Assembly: GCF_004010195.1 (NCBI RefSeq)
Contig: NC_057720.1
Span: 25,733,332-25,753,331 of the forward strand
Length of the DNA: 20,000 bases
Direction of reading: 5' to 3'
Source: Chiloscyllium plagiosum
Taxonomy: Eukaryota
Part shown: positions 1 to 10,394 of the stretch, piece after piece
Position numbering within the stretch: position 1 is the stretch's first letter
How the letters are laid out: every line of letters starts with the position of its first letter
Made by a program: the position numbers and the translations under genes
Notes under the pieces: generated by a model
Databases searched by the model: none
What the model saw: the letters and a program-made list of their open reading frames with translations, nothing else
Told to the model about the DNA's origin: nothing

Positions 1-214
1 AAACACCCATGTGACAAAAGGAACTAGAGACAAGCAGAATTTGATCAGGCAATGGCGATATGAAAAAACAAGTGACGGGGATGGTAGGGACTAAATCAAA
101 ACAGAGCAGAAGTCACTTATATTAGGATTACCAATTCCCACTGGATTTTTTTGAGAGTCTAAATCTCCTGGTTTTTTTAAAACCCCCACATTATTGCTCC
201 ACGGGATTTTTACT

Positions 215-473
215 GGGCGGCACGGTGGCTCAGTGGTTAGCACTGCTACCTCACAGCACCAGCGAGCTAGGTTCGATTCCAGCCTTGGACGATTGACTAT
301 GTGGAGTTTGCACATTCTCCCTGTGTCTGCGTGGGTTTCCTCTGGGTGCTCTGGTTTCCTCCCACAGTCCAAAGATGTGCAGGTCAGGTGAATTGGTCAT
401 GCTAAATTGCCCATGGTGTTAGGTGCATCATTCAGAGGGAAATGGGACTGGGTGGGTTACACTTCAGAGGGTC
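215..473 (+). mobile_element. tRNA-derived V-SINE (HE1-like), 3' tail missing
   Basis: Head GGGCGGCACGGTGGCTCAGTGGTTAGCA (A box) and GGTTCGATTCC (B box), then V-domain GTGGAGTTTGCACATTCTCCC...GGTTTCCTCCCACAGTCCAAAGATGTGCAGG; similar copies at 8932-9246 and 13851-14153. Confidence 0.9.
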
Positions 474-650
474 ATATTTATTGCACAATATTTGACCTAA
501 AATAGCTTAATCTCTAGTTGGTTCCATGACATATTGCTCCAGGGTACTTTCATGAGAGCATTCCACAAATACATCTTCCAGATCTTTTTTGCAAATTTGA
601 TTCATCTGGTTTATCTAAAGAATAAAGTTCTTTGCAACTACCATCAGGGA
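474..650 (-). pseudogene. Old degenerate CR1 ORF2 endonuclease fragment
   Basis: Minus strand reads DLEDVFVECSHESTLEQYVMEPTRD*AILGQILCNK, matching EFVECLQDGFLEQLVMQPTRE*AILDLVL in the CR1 at ~14730-14820. Confidence 0.7.
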
Positions 651-714
651 ATACTTTCTGATCTTCTGACTTTCCAGATCTTCCCTCAAGTGAATGCTGC
701 TCTTCATTAATTAG

Positions 715-840
715 CTTAAAACTCTCACTGCTGAACTAATTAAATGACTTGCCAGAAAATTGGCCCCAGCATGATTTAGGGAACCACCTAATTATTGACC
801 TTCCCTTTTCCCAAGCCCAGTACTGCTATCAATGCACCTG
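715..840 (-). pseudogene. Old CR1 ORF1 (esterase) C-terminal relic
   Basis: Minus strand gives H**QYW...LNHAGANFLASHLISS, resembling the CR1 ORF1 end (compare DPFWG...DGLHLNWKGINVLGGRF at ~19660-19745). Confidence 0.55.
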
Positions 841-893
841 CACACAGACAACATGGGTGCTGGGGAAAGTATAAGCACCGCTGTTACGTGGTA

Positions 894-1178
894 GTCATAG
901 AGTCATAGAGATGTACAGCCATGCTGACCAGATATCCCAATCCAATCTAGTTCCTCCTGCCAGCCCTTCCTCCTCCAAACCCTTCCTATTCATATACCAA
1001 CCCAAATGGCTCTTAAATGTTGCAATTGTACCAGCCTCCACAACTTCCTCTGGCAGCTCATTCCATACACGTACCACCCTCTGTGTGAAAAAGTTGCCCC
1101 GTAGGTCTCTTTTATATCTTTCTCCTCTCACCCTAAACCTATGCCCTCTAATTCTGGACACTCCAACCAGAAAAAAAA
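894..1178 (-). mobile_element. CR1/HER1-type LINE 3' end
   Basis: ORF2 C-terminus RIRGHRFRVRGERYKRDLRGNFFTQRVVRVWNELPEEVVEA; ends in (CTATGACT)n tail at 894-908. Confidence 0.9.
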
Positions 1179-1189
1179 CCTACATGCCC

Positions 1190-1669
1190 AGATGTAGTTA
1201 CTATAGGAAGGATGTGGAGGCACTGGAACGGGTGCAGAGGAGGTTTACAAGTGTATGAGGAAAGGCTGAGGCACTTGGGGCTGTTTTCATTGGAGAAAAG
1301 AAGGTTTAGGGGTGACTTGATAGAGGTGTACAAGATGATGAGTGGTTTAGATAGGGTTGACCATGAGAACCTTTTTCCATGTATGGAGTCAGCTATTACG
1401 AGGGGGCATAGCTTTAAATTAAGGGGTGGTAGGTATAGGACAGATGTTAGGGGTAGATTCTTTACTCAGCGAGTCGTGAGTTCATGGAATGCCCTGCCAG
1501 TAGCAGGGGTGGACTCTCCCTCTTTATGGGCATTTAAACGGGCATTGGATAGGCATATGGAGGATAGTGGGCTAGTGTAGGTTTGGTGGGCTTGGATCGG
1601 CGCAACATCGAGGGCCAAAGGGCCTGTACTGCGCTGTATTTTTCTATGTTCTATGTTCTATGTTCTATG
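1190..1669 (+). mobile_element. CR1-type LINE 3' end, 5'-truncated
   Basis: YRKDVEALERVQRRFT / YEERLRHLGLFSLEKRRFRGDLIEVYK...FFTQRVVSSWNALP; 3' UTR GGGCCAAAGGGCCTGT and (TTCTATG)4 tail ending at ~1669. Confidence 0.92.
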
Positions 1670-1900
1670 AAACCAATTTCTCCAGCACCAGTCTATCAGC
1701 AATGCATTCACCTCTCAGATCTTACTTAATCCACACCAGTTTGCTTGTGGCTAAAGTAATTGTGTGGAGTTTATTACATTTATAGCTTTTTAAACTTTTT
1801 TTCCCCAGCTGCTCCTTTTTTAGTTGTTTTTCTTAGCCCTACCTATGTAATTGATATCCATGTCCACCACAACAATTCGACTTGTCTCCTCCCATTCATT
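1670..1900 (-). pseudogene. Old CR1 ORF1 (esterase) middle relic; upstream part of the 715-840 piece
   Basis: Minus strand reads EWEETSRIVVVDMDINYIGRAK...PQANWCGLSKI*EVNALLIDWCWRNWF, aligning with EWDGEDLVVVVHVGANNVDKAK...PRANWQRDKKVREVNMWLRNW in ORF 13072-13743. Confidence 0.65.
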
Positions 1901-2034
1901 AGTAAAGGTGAAGCAATGAATGCTTGTTGTAAATATACGCACTACTGCAGTTAGGTGGTAGTGTGGGGGAAAGAGAGAGAAAAACAAAAAAAAGAGAAAG
2001 AAAAAAGAATGCTTGTTGTGTATTCATGAATTTA

Positions 2035-2779
2035 ATGCAGCAAGGTCTAGACAATATCGAAGCTTGGACTGATTAGTGGCAAGTAACATTCACGTCTGAC
2101 AAATGCCGAACAATGAACATCTCCGATAAGTGACAATCTAAGAAGTGCCCCTTAATGTTCAATAGTCTTAGCATCACTGAATCTTCCACTAACAAATCCT
2201 GGGTGGTTATCATTGACCAGAAGCTAACCGCACTTACCCCGTAAACACGATGGTAGAACAGCAGGTCAGAAGCTGGGAAGACTACGGCGAGTAACACACC
2301 TCCTGACTCACCCAAGCCTGTCCACCATCTGCAAGACACAACTCAGGAGTGTGATGGAATACTTTCCATTTGCCTGGATGAGTGCAGTCCCAACAACGCT
2401 CAAGAAGCTCGACACCAAACAGCCCACTCCTTCCAGCACCAATGTTCAGTAGCAGCAGTGTGTATTACCCACACAGAAATTCACCAGAAATCCTTAGGTA
2501 GCACCTTCCAAACCCACGACTACTTCCATTTCAAAGAACAAGGGCAGGGAATATCAATATCAGCAAGTTCCCCTCTAAGCCACTTACCGTCCTGACCTGG
2601 AAATATATCACATTCCCTCACTGTCACTGACTCAAAATTCTGGAATTCCTTCCCTGAGGGCATTGTGGATGGCAGCAGTTCAAAAAGGGAGCTAACTACA
2701 ACCTTCTCAAGGGCGACGGATGGGCAATAAATAAACGCCAGCCAGTGATGCCCATATCCCATTAATGAATTTTTAAAAA
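2035..2779 (+). mobile_element. L2/CR1-group LINE 3' fragment, distinct from the HER1-like copies
   Basis: MQQGLDNIEAWTD*WQVTFTSDKC...NKSWVVIIDQKL is a post-RT region; later WNSFPEGIV; 3' end GATGGGCAATAAAT...CCCATTAATGAAT. Confidence 0.75.
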
Positions 2780-2884
2780 CTCAGATTCGGGCACAGAGAT
2801 GCTTTTTTTTCCCCTTAGGGAATACTGGGGAAGTTTTGAAAGGAAAGGAAGGCTTATTATGAATGAAATGAACAACACCAGGAA

Positions 2885-2972
2885 CACTTCTTCCAAGGCC
2901 AACAAATCCTGGAGTGGGACGAACTCAGAGCATCTAGTTTCAAGGTAGGGAACACTACAACTAAGCAAGACT
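2885..2972 (-). mobile_element. Degenerate tRNA-derived SINE head
   Basis: Minus strand ...GAGTTCGTCCCACTCCAGGA resembles the B-box region GTTCAAGTCCCACTCCAGAG of the SINE at ~19020. Confidence 0.5.
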
Positions 2973-3209
2973 TCCTATTATTGAGATTAATTGATGCAGA
3001 TTGATAGAGACTATTGATTATTGTTGTGAGCTGAGTGATGGGAATATGTTGATTAATGCCGTACCTGAAGCTTGGTATGTAGTTGGTGTGATATGAAATT
3101 TTAAAATTTCACTGAATCTCTTGCAGAACTGTGTCCAGGTTTCTGAGCGAAATCTGCTTAATAATCATCAAGATGGTCTGCTCTGATTTTTATTTACAAA
3201 TGTCTGAGG

Positions 3210-4470
3210 CTGGACCACAGGCCACCTCCTCCTGTGGATTCAGAGTATCTGGGCCACAGGCCACCTCCCCCTATGGATACAGACAATCTGGGCCACAGAC
3301 CACCTCCCGCTGTGGAAACAGACAATCTGGGCTACAGGCCACCTCCCCCTGTGGAAACAGATAATCTGGGCTACAGGTTACCTCCCCCTGTGGATACAGA
3401 CAATCTGGGCTACAGGTTACCTCCCCCTGTGGATGCAGACTATCTGGGCCACAGGCCACCTCCTCCTGTGGATACAGACAATCTGGGACACATGCCACCT
3501 CCCCCTGTGGATACAGACAATCTGGGCTACAGGCCACCTCCCCCTGTGGATACAGACAATCTGGGCTACGAGCCACCTCCCCCTGTGAATACAGATAATC
3601 TGGGCTACAGGTTACCTCCCCCGTGGATACAGACAATCTGGGCCACAGACCACCTCCCCCTGTGGATACAGACAATCTGGGCTACAGGCCACCTCCCCCT
3701 GTGGATGCAGACAATCTGGGCTACAGGTTACCTCTCCCTGTAGATGCAGATTATCTGGGCCACAGGCCACCTCCTCCTGTGGATACAGACTATCTGGACC
3801 ACAGGCCACCTCCCCCTGTGATTCAGACTATCTGGGCCATAGACCACCTCCCCATGTGGATACAGACAATCTGGGCCACAGACCACCTCCCCCTGTGGAT
3901 ACAGATAATCTGGGCCACAGACCACCTCCTCCTGTGGATACAGACAATCTGGGACACATGCCACCTCCCCCTGTGGATACAGACAATCTGGGCTACACAC
4001 CTCCCCCCCCTCTGGGCCAGAGGCCACCTCCCCCTGTGGATAGAACCACCTGGACCATTGGCCACCTCCCCCTGTGGATACAGACTATCTGGGCCACAGG
4101 CTACCTTCTCCTGTGGATACACACTCTCTGGGCCACAGGCCACCTCCCCCTGTTGATACAGACAATCTGGGCCATAGGCCACACCCCCCTGTGGATACAG
4201 ACTATCTGGACCACAGGCCACCTCCCCCTGTGGTTACAGACTATCTGGGCCACAGGTACCTCCCCCCTGTGGATGCACACTCTCTGGGCCAGAGGCCACC
4301 TCCCCCTGTGGATAGAACCACCTGGACCATTGGCCACCTCCCCCTGTGGATACAGACTATCTGGGCCACAGGCCACCTCCCCCTGTGGATACAGATTATC
4401 TGGGCAACAGACCACCACCCCTGTGGATACACACTCTCTGGGCCACAGCCCACCTCCCCTTGTGGTTACA
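3210..4470. repeat. 39-bp GC-rich minisatellite, ~33 units
   Basis: Consensus CCACAGGCCACCTCCCCCTGTGGATACAGACAATCTGGG; the CTGTGG position recurs at 3232, 3271, 3310, 3349, ... 4460 with 39-bp (sometimes 38-bp) spacing; one partial unit near 4000. Confidence 0.97.
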
Positions 4471-5639
4471 AATCACCTCTCCTCCTTTCTACCTCCTTCA
4501 CCAGGGTATAAAGTGTAGCACTCAGAACACATGGAACTTGTCTTCTCTCATGTTGTGCTATTTTTCATTGTTTCCCTGGACACACTGCACAATTGCCACA
4601 ATGTTTTCCAGCCACAATCCACTTATTCTTTTTAAGGCAAAGGCTATGTTCAAAAGATGCATAACATTTACTTCCTGCTCAAGTGTGTAAACAGTACAGT
4701 TAACATTGGACTAATCAGTCAAATGAGCAGACAGTGCAAATCTCTGTGCCTGTTTTCACATACTACCTAATTCTCCCCAACCCCACGTCTGCCAGTTTTA
4801 AATTCAAAATATTTGGGCCCAAATATTTCCAATACCTACACTAAGCTTTGTATGCATTTCAGCATCCTGGTCATTAATTCAGCAGAATATGCATTCAGAA
4901 AGTTGTTTTACTTTGCCAATTAAATTTAGAACTGAAGTTTATTATCTTATTTCCATTTATTTCCTATGTTCTAACTGTCTCTATTAATAAATTATGTTAG
5001 AATAATTGTACTTACTCAAAAATGTCCAAACCTCATTTAATTTGACTAGAACTTCACTAAGATTGTGCTGTAGTCAATGATAATTAATGGTCAGAGATTA
5101 TGAACCAGTAGTTGCATATGCAGGAGAGAGTAATGAAAGACTTTTAACTAAATTATATTCCTTGCAGCAAGAGGACCATAAAATGCATTGGCTTAACACA
5201 CAAGAAAAAAGAATATTTCTAGGTGAATTATTTTCATTAGATCCACCTTTAAAAATTGATGATTAGCTACTTTGAGGTTCACTCCTAACTGGGTTTTTAA
5301 ATTTAAAGTGTACAATGTGACATGACAGTAATTACTTGAGATCTAAAAGTTGCTATATAATTCAATGTTCTAACAAGTGATAAATTGTAAGCTCCGTATG
5401 GAATTTGATTATGACCTTCTTTAGGACACATGGCCAAGGGTGCACCATTGGTACACACACAACTGAGAGGCCCATCACCAATCTGAAATTAGGCTCTCAG
5501 CCTCAATTATCATATTGAAAGGAGCTGCTGGCTCTGGTTACAAGTCGACAGGCAGCTCAACATTTTAAGTACAGTTGCCTGCTGACATACTAGCAGTGAC
5601 CCTAAATTAAATTTCATAGAGAGGTGAAGCAGTAATGAA

Positions 5640-5731
5640 GGGGTGATGCTAAATGCTGTGGGGTGATTGATGACTGGTGCAGACATGATAGACTGAAAGG
5701 CTTTTTCCAAGCTATAATAACTCTATGACTC
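5640..5731 (+). mobile_element. Short old CR1-type 3' tail
   Basis: GGTGCAGACATGATAGACTGAAAGGCTTTTT...ACTCTATGACTC resembles the CR1 3' UTR and CTATGACT tail. Confidence 0.45.
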
Positions 5732-5736
5732 TTCTT

Positions 5737-5894
5737 TAAAAAATTATTCATGAATGGGATGAATGTGTCGCTAGCTAGACCAGCATTTATTGTCCATTCC
5801 TAATAGCTCACAGAGCAGAGTCAACCACATTGCTGTGGGTCTGGAGTCACACGTAGGCCAGACCAGGTAAGAATGGTAGATTCCTTCCCTAAAG
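5737..5894 (-). mobile_element. SINE with L2-like tail, 3' part (split by CR1 insertion)
   Basis: Minus strand ends AATGGACAATAAATGCTGG...ATCCCATTCATGAAT, like the LINE tail at 2718-2770; appears to continue at 8301. Confidence 0.7.
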
Positions 5895-8300
5895 GGGCTT
5901 AGACGGGGCAGAATTTCTTAAGTGCATTCAAGAGGGTTTCTTGAAACAGGGTGTGGATAATCTGACTACAGGAGGATCCATACTGGACCTTGTATTGGCT
6001 AATGAACCTGGCCAGATGACTGACCTTTCAGTGCGAGAGCATTTTGGAAACAGTGATCATAACTCAAGTTTTAAGATAGCTATGAACAAGGATAAGTCGG
6101 GATCTTGCAGGAAGGTACTAAATTGGGGGAGGGCAAATTATATTAGTATTAGGCAGGAGCTAGGGAGTGTTAATTGGGAGGAACTGTTATCATGTGGGAA
6201 CTGTTTAAAGACCTGCTGAGGAGAGGTCAAGACCGGCACATTGCAGTAAGGAGGAAGGACAAGGATGGTAAGAAAAGGGCCCTGGGACAATGAGGGGGGT
6301 TGTGAATTTAGTCAAAGGGAAAAATGGAGCATATGTAAAGTGTAGGAAGCTAAGATGGAAAAGGGCCCATGAGGAATATAAGGAAAACAGTCAAGTACTC
6401 AAGCAGGAATTAGGAGAGCAAGAAGGGGTGATGTAATAACCTTGACAAGTAAGGTTAAAGAGATTTCCAAGGCCTTCCATTGCACAATTAAAAACAAGAG
6501 GATAACTAGGGAAAGGGTAAGACCATTCAAGGATAAAGGAGGGAGCTTGTGCTTGAAGGCATAGGATGCGGGTGAAATCTTAAATGAGTACTTTGAATTG
6601 GTATTCAGCCAGAAAAGGGATATGGAGGATAGTGAGATTTGTCTAGAACATGCTAATATACTAGTGCACTTAGAGATCAAGAAAGAAGTGCTGTTGGATC
6701 TCTTGAAGGGCATTGAGGTGGATAGGTCCCCAGGCCCCCGTAGTATTTACCCCAGGTTACTGAGAAAGGCAAGAGGAGAGATTGCTGGGGCTTTGACCAA
6801 GATCTTTGTATTCTTGCTAGTTACTGGAGAGGTCCCAGAGGACTGGCGAGTGGCTAATCTTATCCCTTTTGTTCAAGAAGAGAAATAGAGATAATCTAGG
6901 AAACTACAGACTGGTGAGTCTCACATCGGTGGTTGGGAAGCTATTGAAAAGAATACTTAGGGATAGGATTTACGCATGTTTGGAAAAGCATGGTCTAATT
7001 AGAGACAGTCAGCATGTCTTTGTTCAGGGCAGGTCATGTTTTACTAACTTAATTGAATTTTTCGAGGAGGTGATGAAGGTGATTCATGAGGCTAGTGCAG
7101 TGGATGTTGTCTACATGGATTTTGGTAAGACTTTCAACAAGGTCCTTCATGGTAAGCTCACCTCGAAGATAAAGATGCATTGGATGCATGGCGACTTGTC
7201 TGCGGGGATTCAGAATTGGCTTGCCCATAGAAGACAGAAGGTGACAGTGGTGGAAGGGTGCTTTTCAGGCTGGAGGTCCATGACTAGAGGTGTTCTGCAG
7301 GGATCTGTATTGGGACCTCGACTGTTTGTGATATGTATAAATGACTTAGATGACATTGTAGATGAGTTGCAGATGAAACAAAGATCAGTGGAGTTGTGGA
7401 TAGTATAGAAGGTTGTCAAAGGATACAGTGGGATATAGATCAGTTGCAAATATGGGTAGAGAAATGGCTGATGGAATTTAATCCACATAGGTTTGGGGTG
7501 CTACACTTTCGGAGATGAAATGTTAAGGCAAAGAATAGAGTTAATGTCAGGACTCTGAACAGCTTTGTACAGAAAGATCTTGGGGGTTCAAGTCCATAGC
7601 TCTCTAAAAGTGACCACGCAAATAGGTAGGGTGATAAAGAAGGCATATGCCGTGCTTGCCTTTATTGGTCAGGGAACTGAATACTAGAGTTAGGATGTCA
7701 TGTTGCAGCTTTATAAGACTTTGGTTCGGCCTCACTTAGAGTATTCAATTCTGGTCGCCAGATTACAGGAAGGATGTGGAGGCTTTGCAGAGGATGCTGA
7801 AGAGGTTTACCAGGATGCTGAAGAGATCTGTTAGGATGCTGCCTGGATTAGAGGGTATGTGCTATAAGGAGAGGCTAGAAAAACTCAGGTTGTTTTCTCA
7901 TGAGCATTGGAGGCTGAGGGGAGACCTGATAGAAGTCTATAAAATTGTGAGATACAGAGATCGGGTTTAGAGTCAGAATCTTTTTCCCAGAGCTGAAATG
8001 TCTAATATTAGGGGGTCGTTCATTAAAGGTGAGGGGGGTAAATTCAAAGGAGATGTGAGGGGTAGATGGTTTATGCAGACAGCAGTAGGAGTCTGGAATG
8101 CACTGCCAGGGCTGGTGATGGAGGGAGATATGATAAGGGCATTTAAGAGATTTTTAGATAAGCACCTGAATATGCAAGGAATGGAAGGATATGGACTAAC
8201 GGCAGGTAGAAGGAATTAGTTTCATTTGACGTCATGTTCAGTACAATATTACGGGCCAAAGGGCCGTGTCCTGTGCTGTACAGTTCTATATACTGTGTTC
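5891..8300 (+). mobile_element. 5'-truncated CR1/HER1-type LINE, degenerate ORF2 (endonuclease C-terminal half plus RT)
   Basis: LDLVLANE...GNSDHN (APE), GNYRLVSLTSVVGKLL, SQH, VDVVYMDF, QGSVLGP (RT), RLRGDLIEVYK, VWNALP; many stops and frameshifts; 3' UTR GGGCCAAAGGGCC and TTCTA-type tail. Confidence 0.95.
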
Positions 8301-8450
8301 TAAAAGACATCTGTGATACAAATGGGTTTTACCTGACAACTGATAATTAATTCATGGTCATCATTAAACACTTAATTCTAGATTTTCATTGGATTCACAT
8401 TCCATGGTGGGATCTGCCATGGTGGGTTTTGAACCCAGGTCCCCAAAATA
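8301..8450 (-). mobile_element. SINE 5' part (continuation of 5737-5894)
   Basis: Minus-strand B box GGTTCAAAACCC near 8425-8436; resumes with TAAAAGACAT after CCCTAAAG at 5887-5894. Confidence 0.6.
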
Positions 8451-8931
8451 TGTGAGTGAGGCAGATCATTAGCTCCTGGCTCTCTTGACTCTGGAAGCTC
8501 ATCAGACTCCAAGTGCAGCAAGGGAGATTCTAAAGCAAGTGTTGAGCCACTCATGTCCACGTGTATGGGAAATTGCACCTCTTTAGGGTAGCTACTGGAA
8601 ATGTTCCATCTGATTTTGATTGTCAAAATTATTTCACCTATTTAATGGTAGAAAAAGCTCCAGGATGTCTAATTTCTGTTCTGAAGTGTCTATCACATAG
8701 TATATATTCACTGAATTGTGGTGCTTGTTTTCCATTGGTCTGGACTGAATGTAGTGAGAAGTTGGATGTTTGGTGTGGGCTGGAGTAAGAAGATTGTTGC
8801 AGCACTCCTTTCTTAATGACATTGAGTGGTTACTCAGCCATTTTGGCACCTTTACCCATTTACTGCACATGCTGAGCCTGAATGTGGCAGGATGATGCAA
8901 GCATGTTTCTCATTATCTCACTGTCTCACTA

Positions 8932-9246
8932 TGTAGTGGTTCAGTGGTTAGCACTTCTGCCTCACAGTGCCTCACAAGTTTGATTCCACCCCTGGGTGAC
9001 TGTCTGTATGGAGTTTACACATTCTCCCTGTGTCTGTGTGGGTGTCCTCAGTCCAAGGATATGCAGGTTGGGTTGCTTGGTCATGCTAAATTGCCATAGT
9101 GTCTGGGGATGTACAGGCTAGGTGGATTAGCCATGGGAAAATACAGGCATACAGGGATGGGGTGGGTCTGGATGGGATGCTGTTCAGAGGGTCGATGTGG
9201 GTTGAATGGCCTGTTTCCACACTGTGAGGGATTCTATGATTCCATG
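8932..9246 (+). mobile_element. HE1-like V-SINE
   Basis: TGGTTCAGTGGTTAGCAC head, GTTTGATTCC B box, V-domain, CR1-like tail GGCCTGTTTCCACACTGT...GATTCTATGATTCCATG. Confidence 0.88.
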
Positions 9247-9459
9247 GTGAAGAGTGCTCAGCCTCCATTTGAAGGCTGTGCCATCAATGACCATTCTGCG
9301 ATGCTCACTCCTTCTGTTTCCATGTGCAGATGATTTCCAGTGGTGTGTTGCTGTGGCTGCCTAACTAAGAATGCCAAGAGGAACAGGATAAGGGGCACTG
9401 AGTTCAGGGAGAGGTCACAGCCACATCACCCATCAGGATGCGAGGGGTCCACAGGAGGC

Positions 9460-10340
9460 CCAGATTTATCAGCCTCAACTCTGTTTCCTGGGTATGAGCA
9501 GGGCACAGTGTCATGACAGGCTCCGCACATCGCGGGACATGGTAATGGAACTATGCTCATTGCTGGAGTGAGATAGGAGAGCTGACGGTGGCTGGGTTGG
9601 TAACAGTTACTCTGAAATTCCATTTGACTGGCTGCTCCTAGAGAGTGGTAGGTGATCTGTGTAGAAGTCATCGGTCATGTGCACACGAGTACATCAGGGC
9701 AGTGACTGATGCCATCTGTGCAAGGTCACACTGGTTCACTCTATCTCCCCACATTGAGATCAGTGCTGTAGTCTGGCCAATAGGATGTAGGAACACAGAT
9801 GGGTTCCTCCAACTGCAGGGTGACATCGACTGCACAATAGGAGAATGTTTGGAATTGTCCAACTGCTTCCATCAATGTGATGTTCCCCTACTGGACAGTC
9901 ACAACCTGCAGATCTACAATGGACTCTGTGCAAGGCTGACTTAGGGGGTATTAATATGGGTTGTAGATATGGACAGGTGGATTGTGGTAGCATCGTGGTT
10001 AAAGACTGATGAGACTGAGAGAATAGGGTCATATAGGGGAGACTATGTGCCGTGAACAGCTTTTTTTTTTGCTATTGAATGGCAATGCCAGATTGCCAAT
10101 GCCTTTCCAGGTGCATTGTGGTCTTTTAAAGATGACACAAGAGATGACAGTCTTTTGGTTGATATCCAGCAAGTGATGAGTTGTTCTGGGAATGGCACAT
10201 GGTAAGATGGGATTGGAATCAGATATGAGAGACTCCAGAGAGCAAGGTGCGCAGTTACTGAGATGAGTTTGGTAAGATACTTTGAGAATAGCCTCGAGGC
10301 CTCACACAGGAAATCCCTCCAAAGCAACCGATTCAGACTT
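9460..10340 (+). pseudogene. PIF/Harbinger DDE transposase fossil (HARBI1-like family)
   Basis: QIYQPQLCFLGMSRAQCHDRLRTSRDMVMELCSLLE*, then VTVTLKFHLTGCS*RVVGDLCRSHRSCAHEYIRAVTDAICAR and GFLQLQGDIDCT (compare family motif GFPxVxGxIDCTH); many stops; 3' boundary uncertain. Confidence 0.75.
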
Positions 10341-10394
10341 GGTCAAAACAAATGTCAGTTTCAGCCTTTTGTATCTGTCTTCACTCAGAAAAGT

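Noticed and set aside
215..290. tRNA gene (also at ~8932 and ~14080-14153)
   Set aside because: The A/B boxes continue into a V-domain SINE body; these are SINE heads.
2819..2944. 126-nt cassette exon (TTTTCCCCTTAG acceptor, AG/GTAGGG donor, one open frame)
   Set aside because: Its 3' half, including the donor, looks like an antisense SINE head, and the peptide is unrecognisable; would need RNA evidence.
3210..4470. CRISPR array (regularly spaced palindromic repeats)
   Set aside because: No unique spacers, since the whole 39-bp unit repeats; no cas genes; vertebrate repeat context.
3210..4470. Array of CTCF sites (CCACAGGGGGAGG on the minus strand)
   Set aside because: Only a superficial match to CCACCAGGGGGCGC; the 5' spacing and the C after the G run do not fit.
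4520..5600. AT-rich unassigned stretch as a regulatory or coding region
   Set aside because: No convincing ORF, repeat or motif can be supported from the sequence alone.
10007..10030. Hammerhead at CTGATGAG
   Set aside because: No stem II or GAAA follows; it lies within the transposase fossil.
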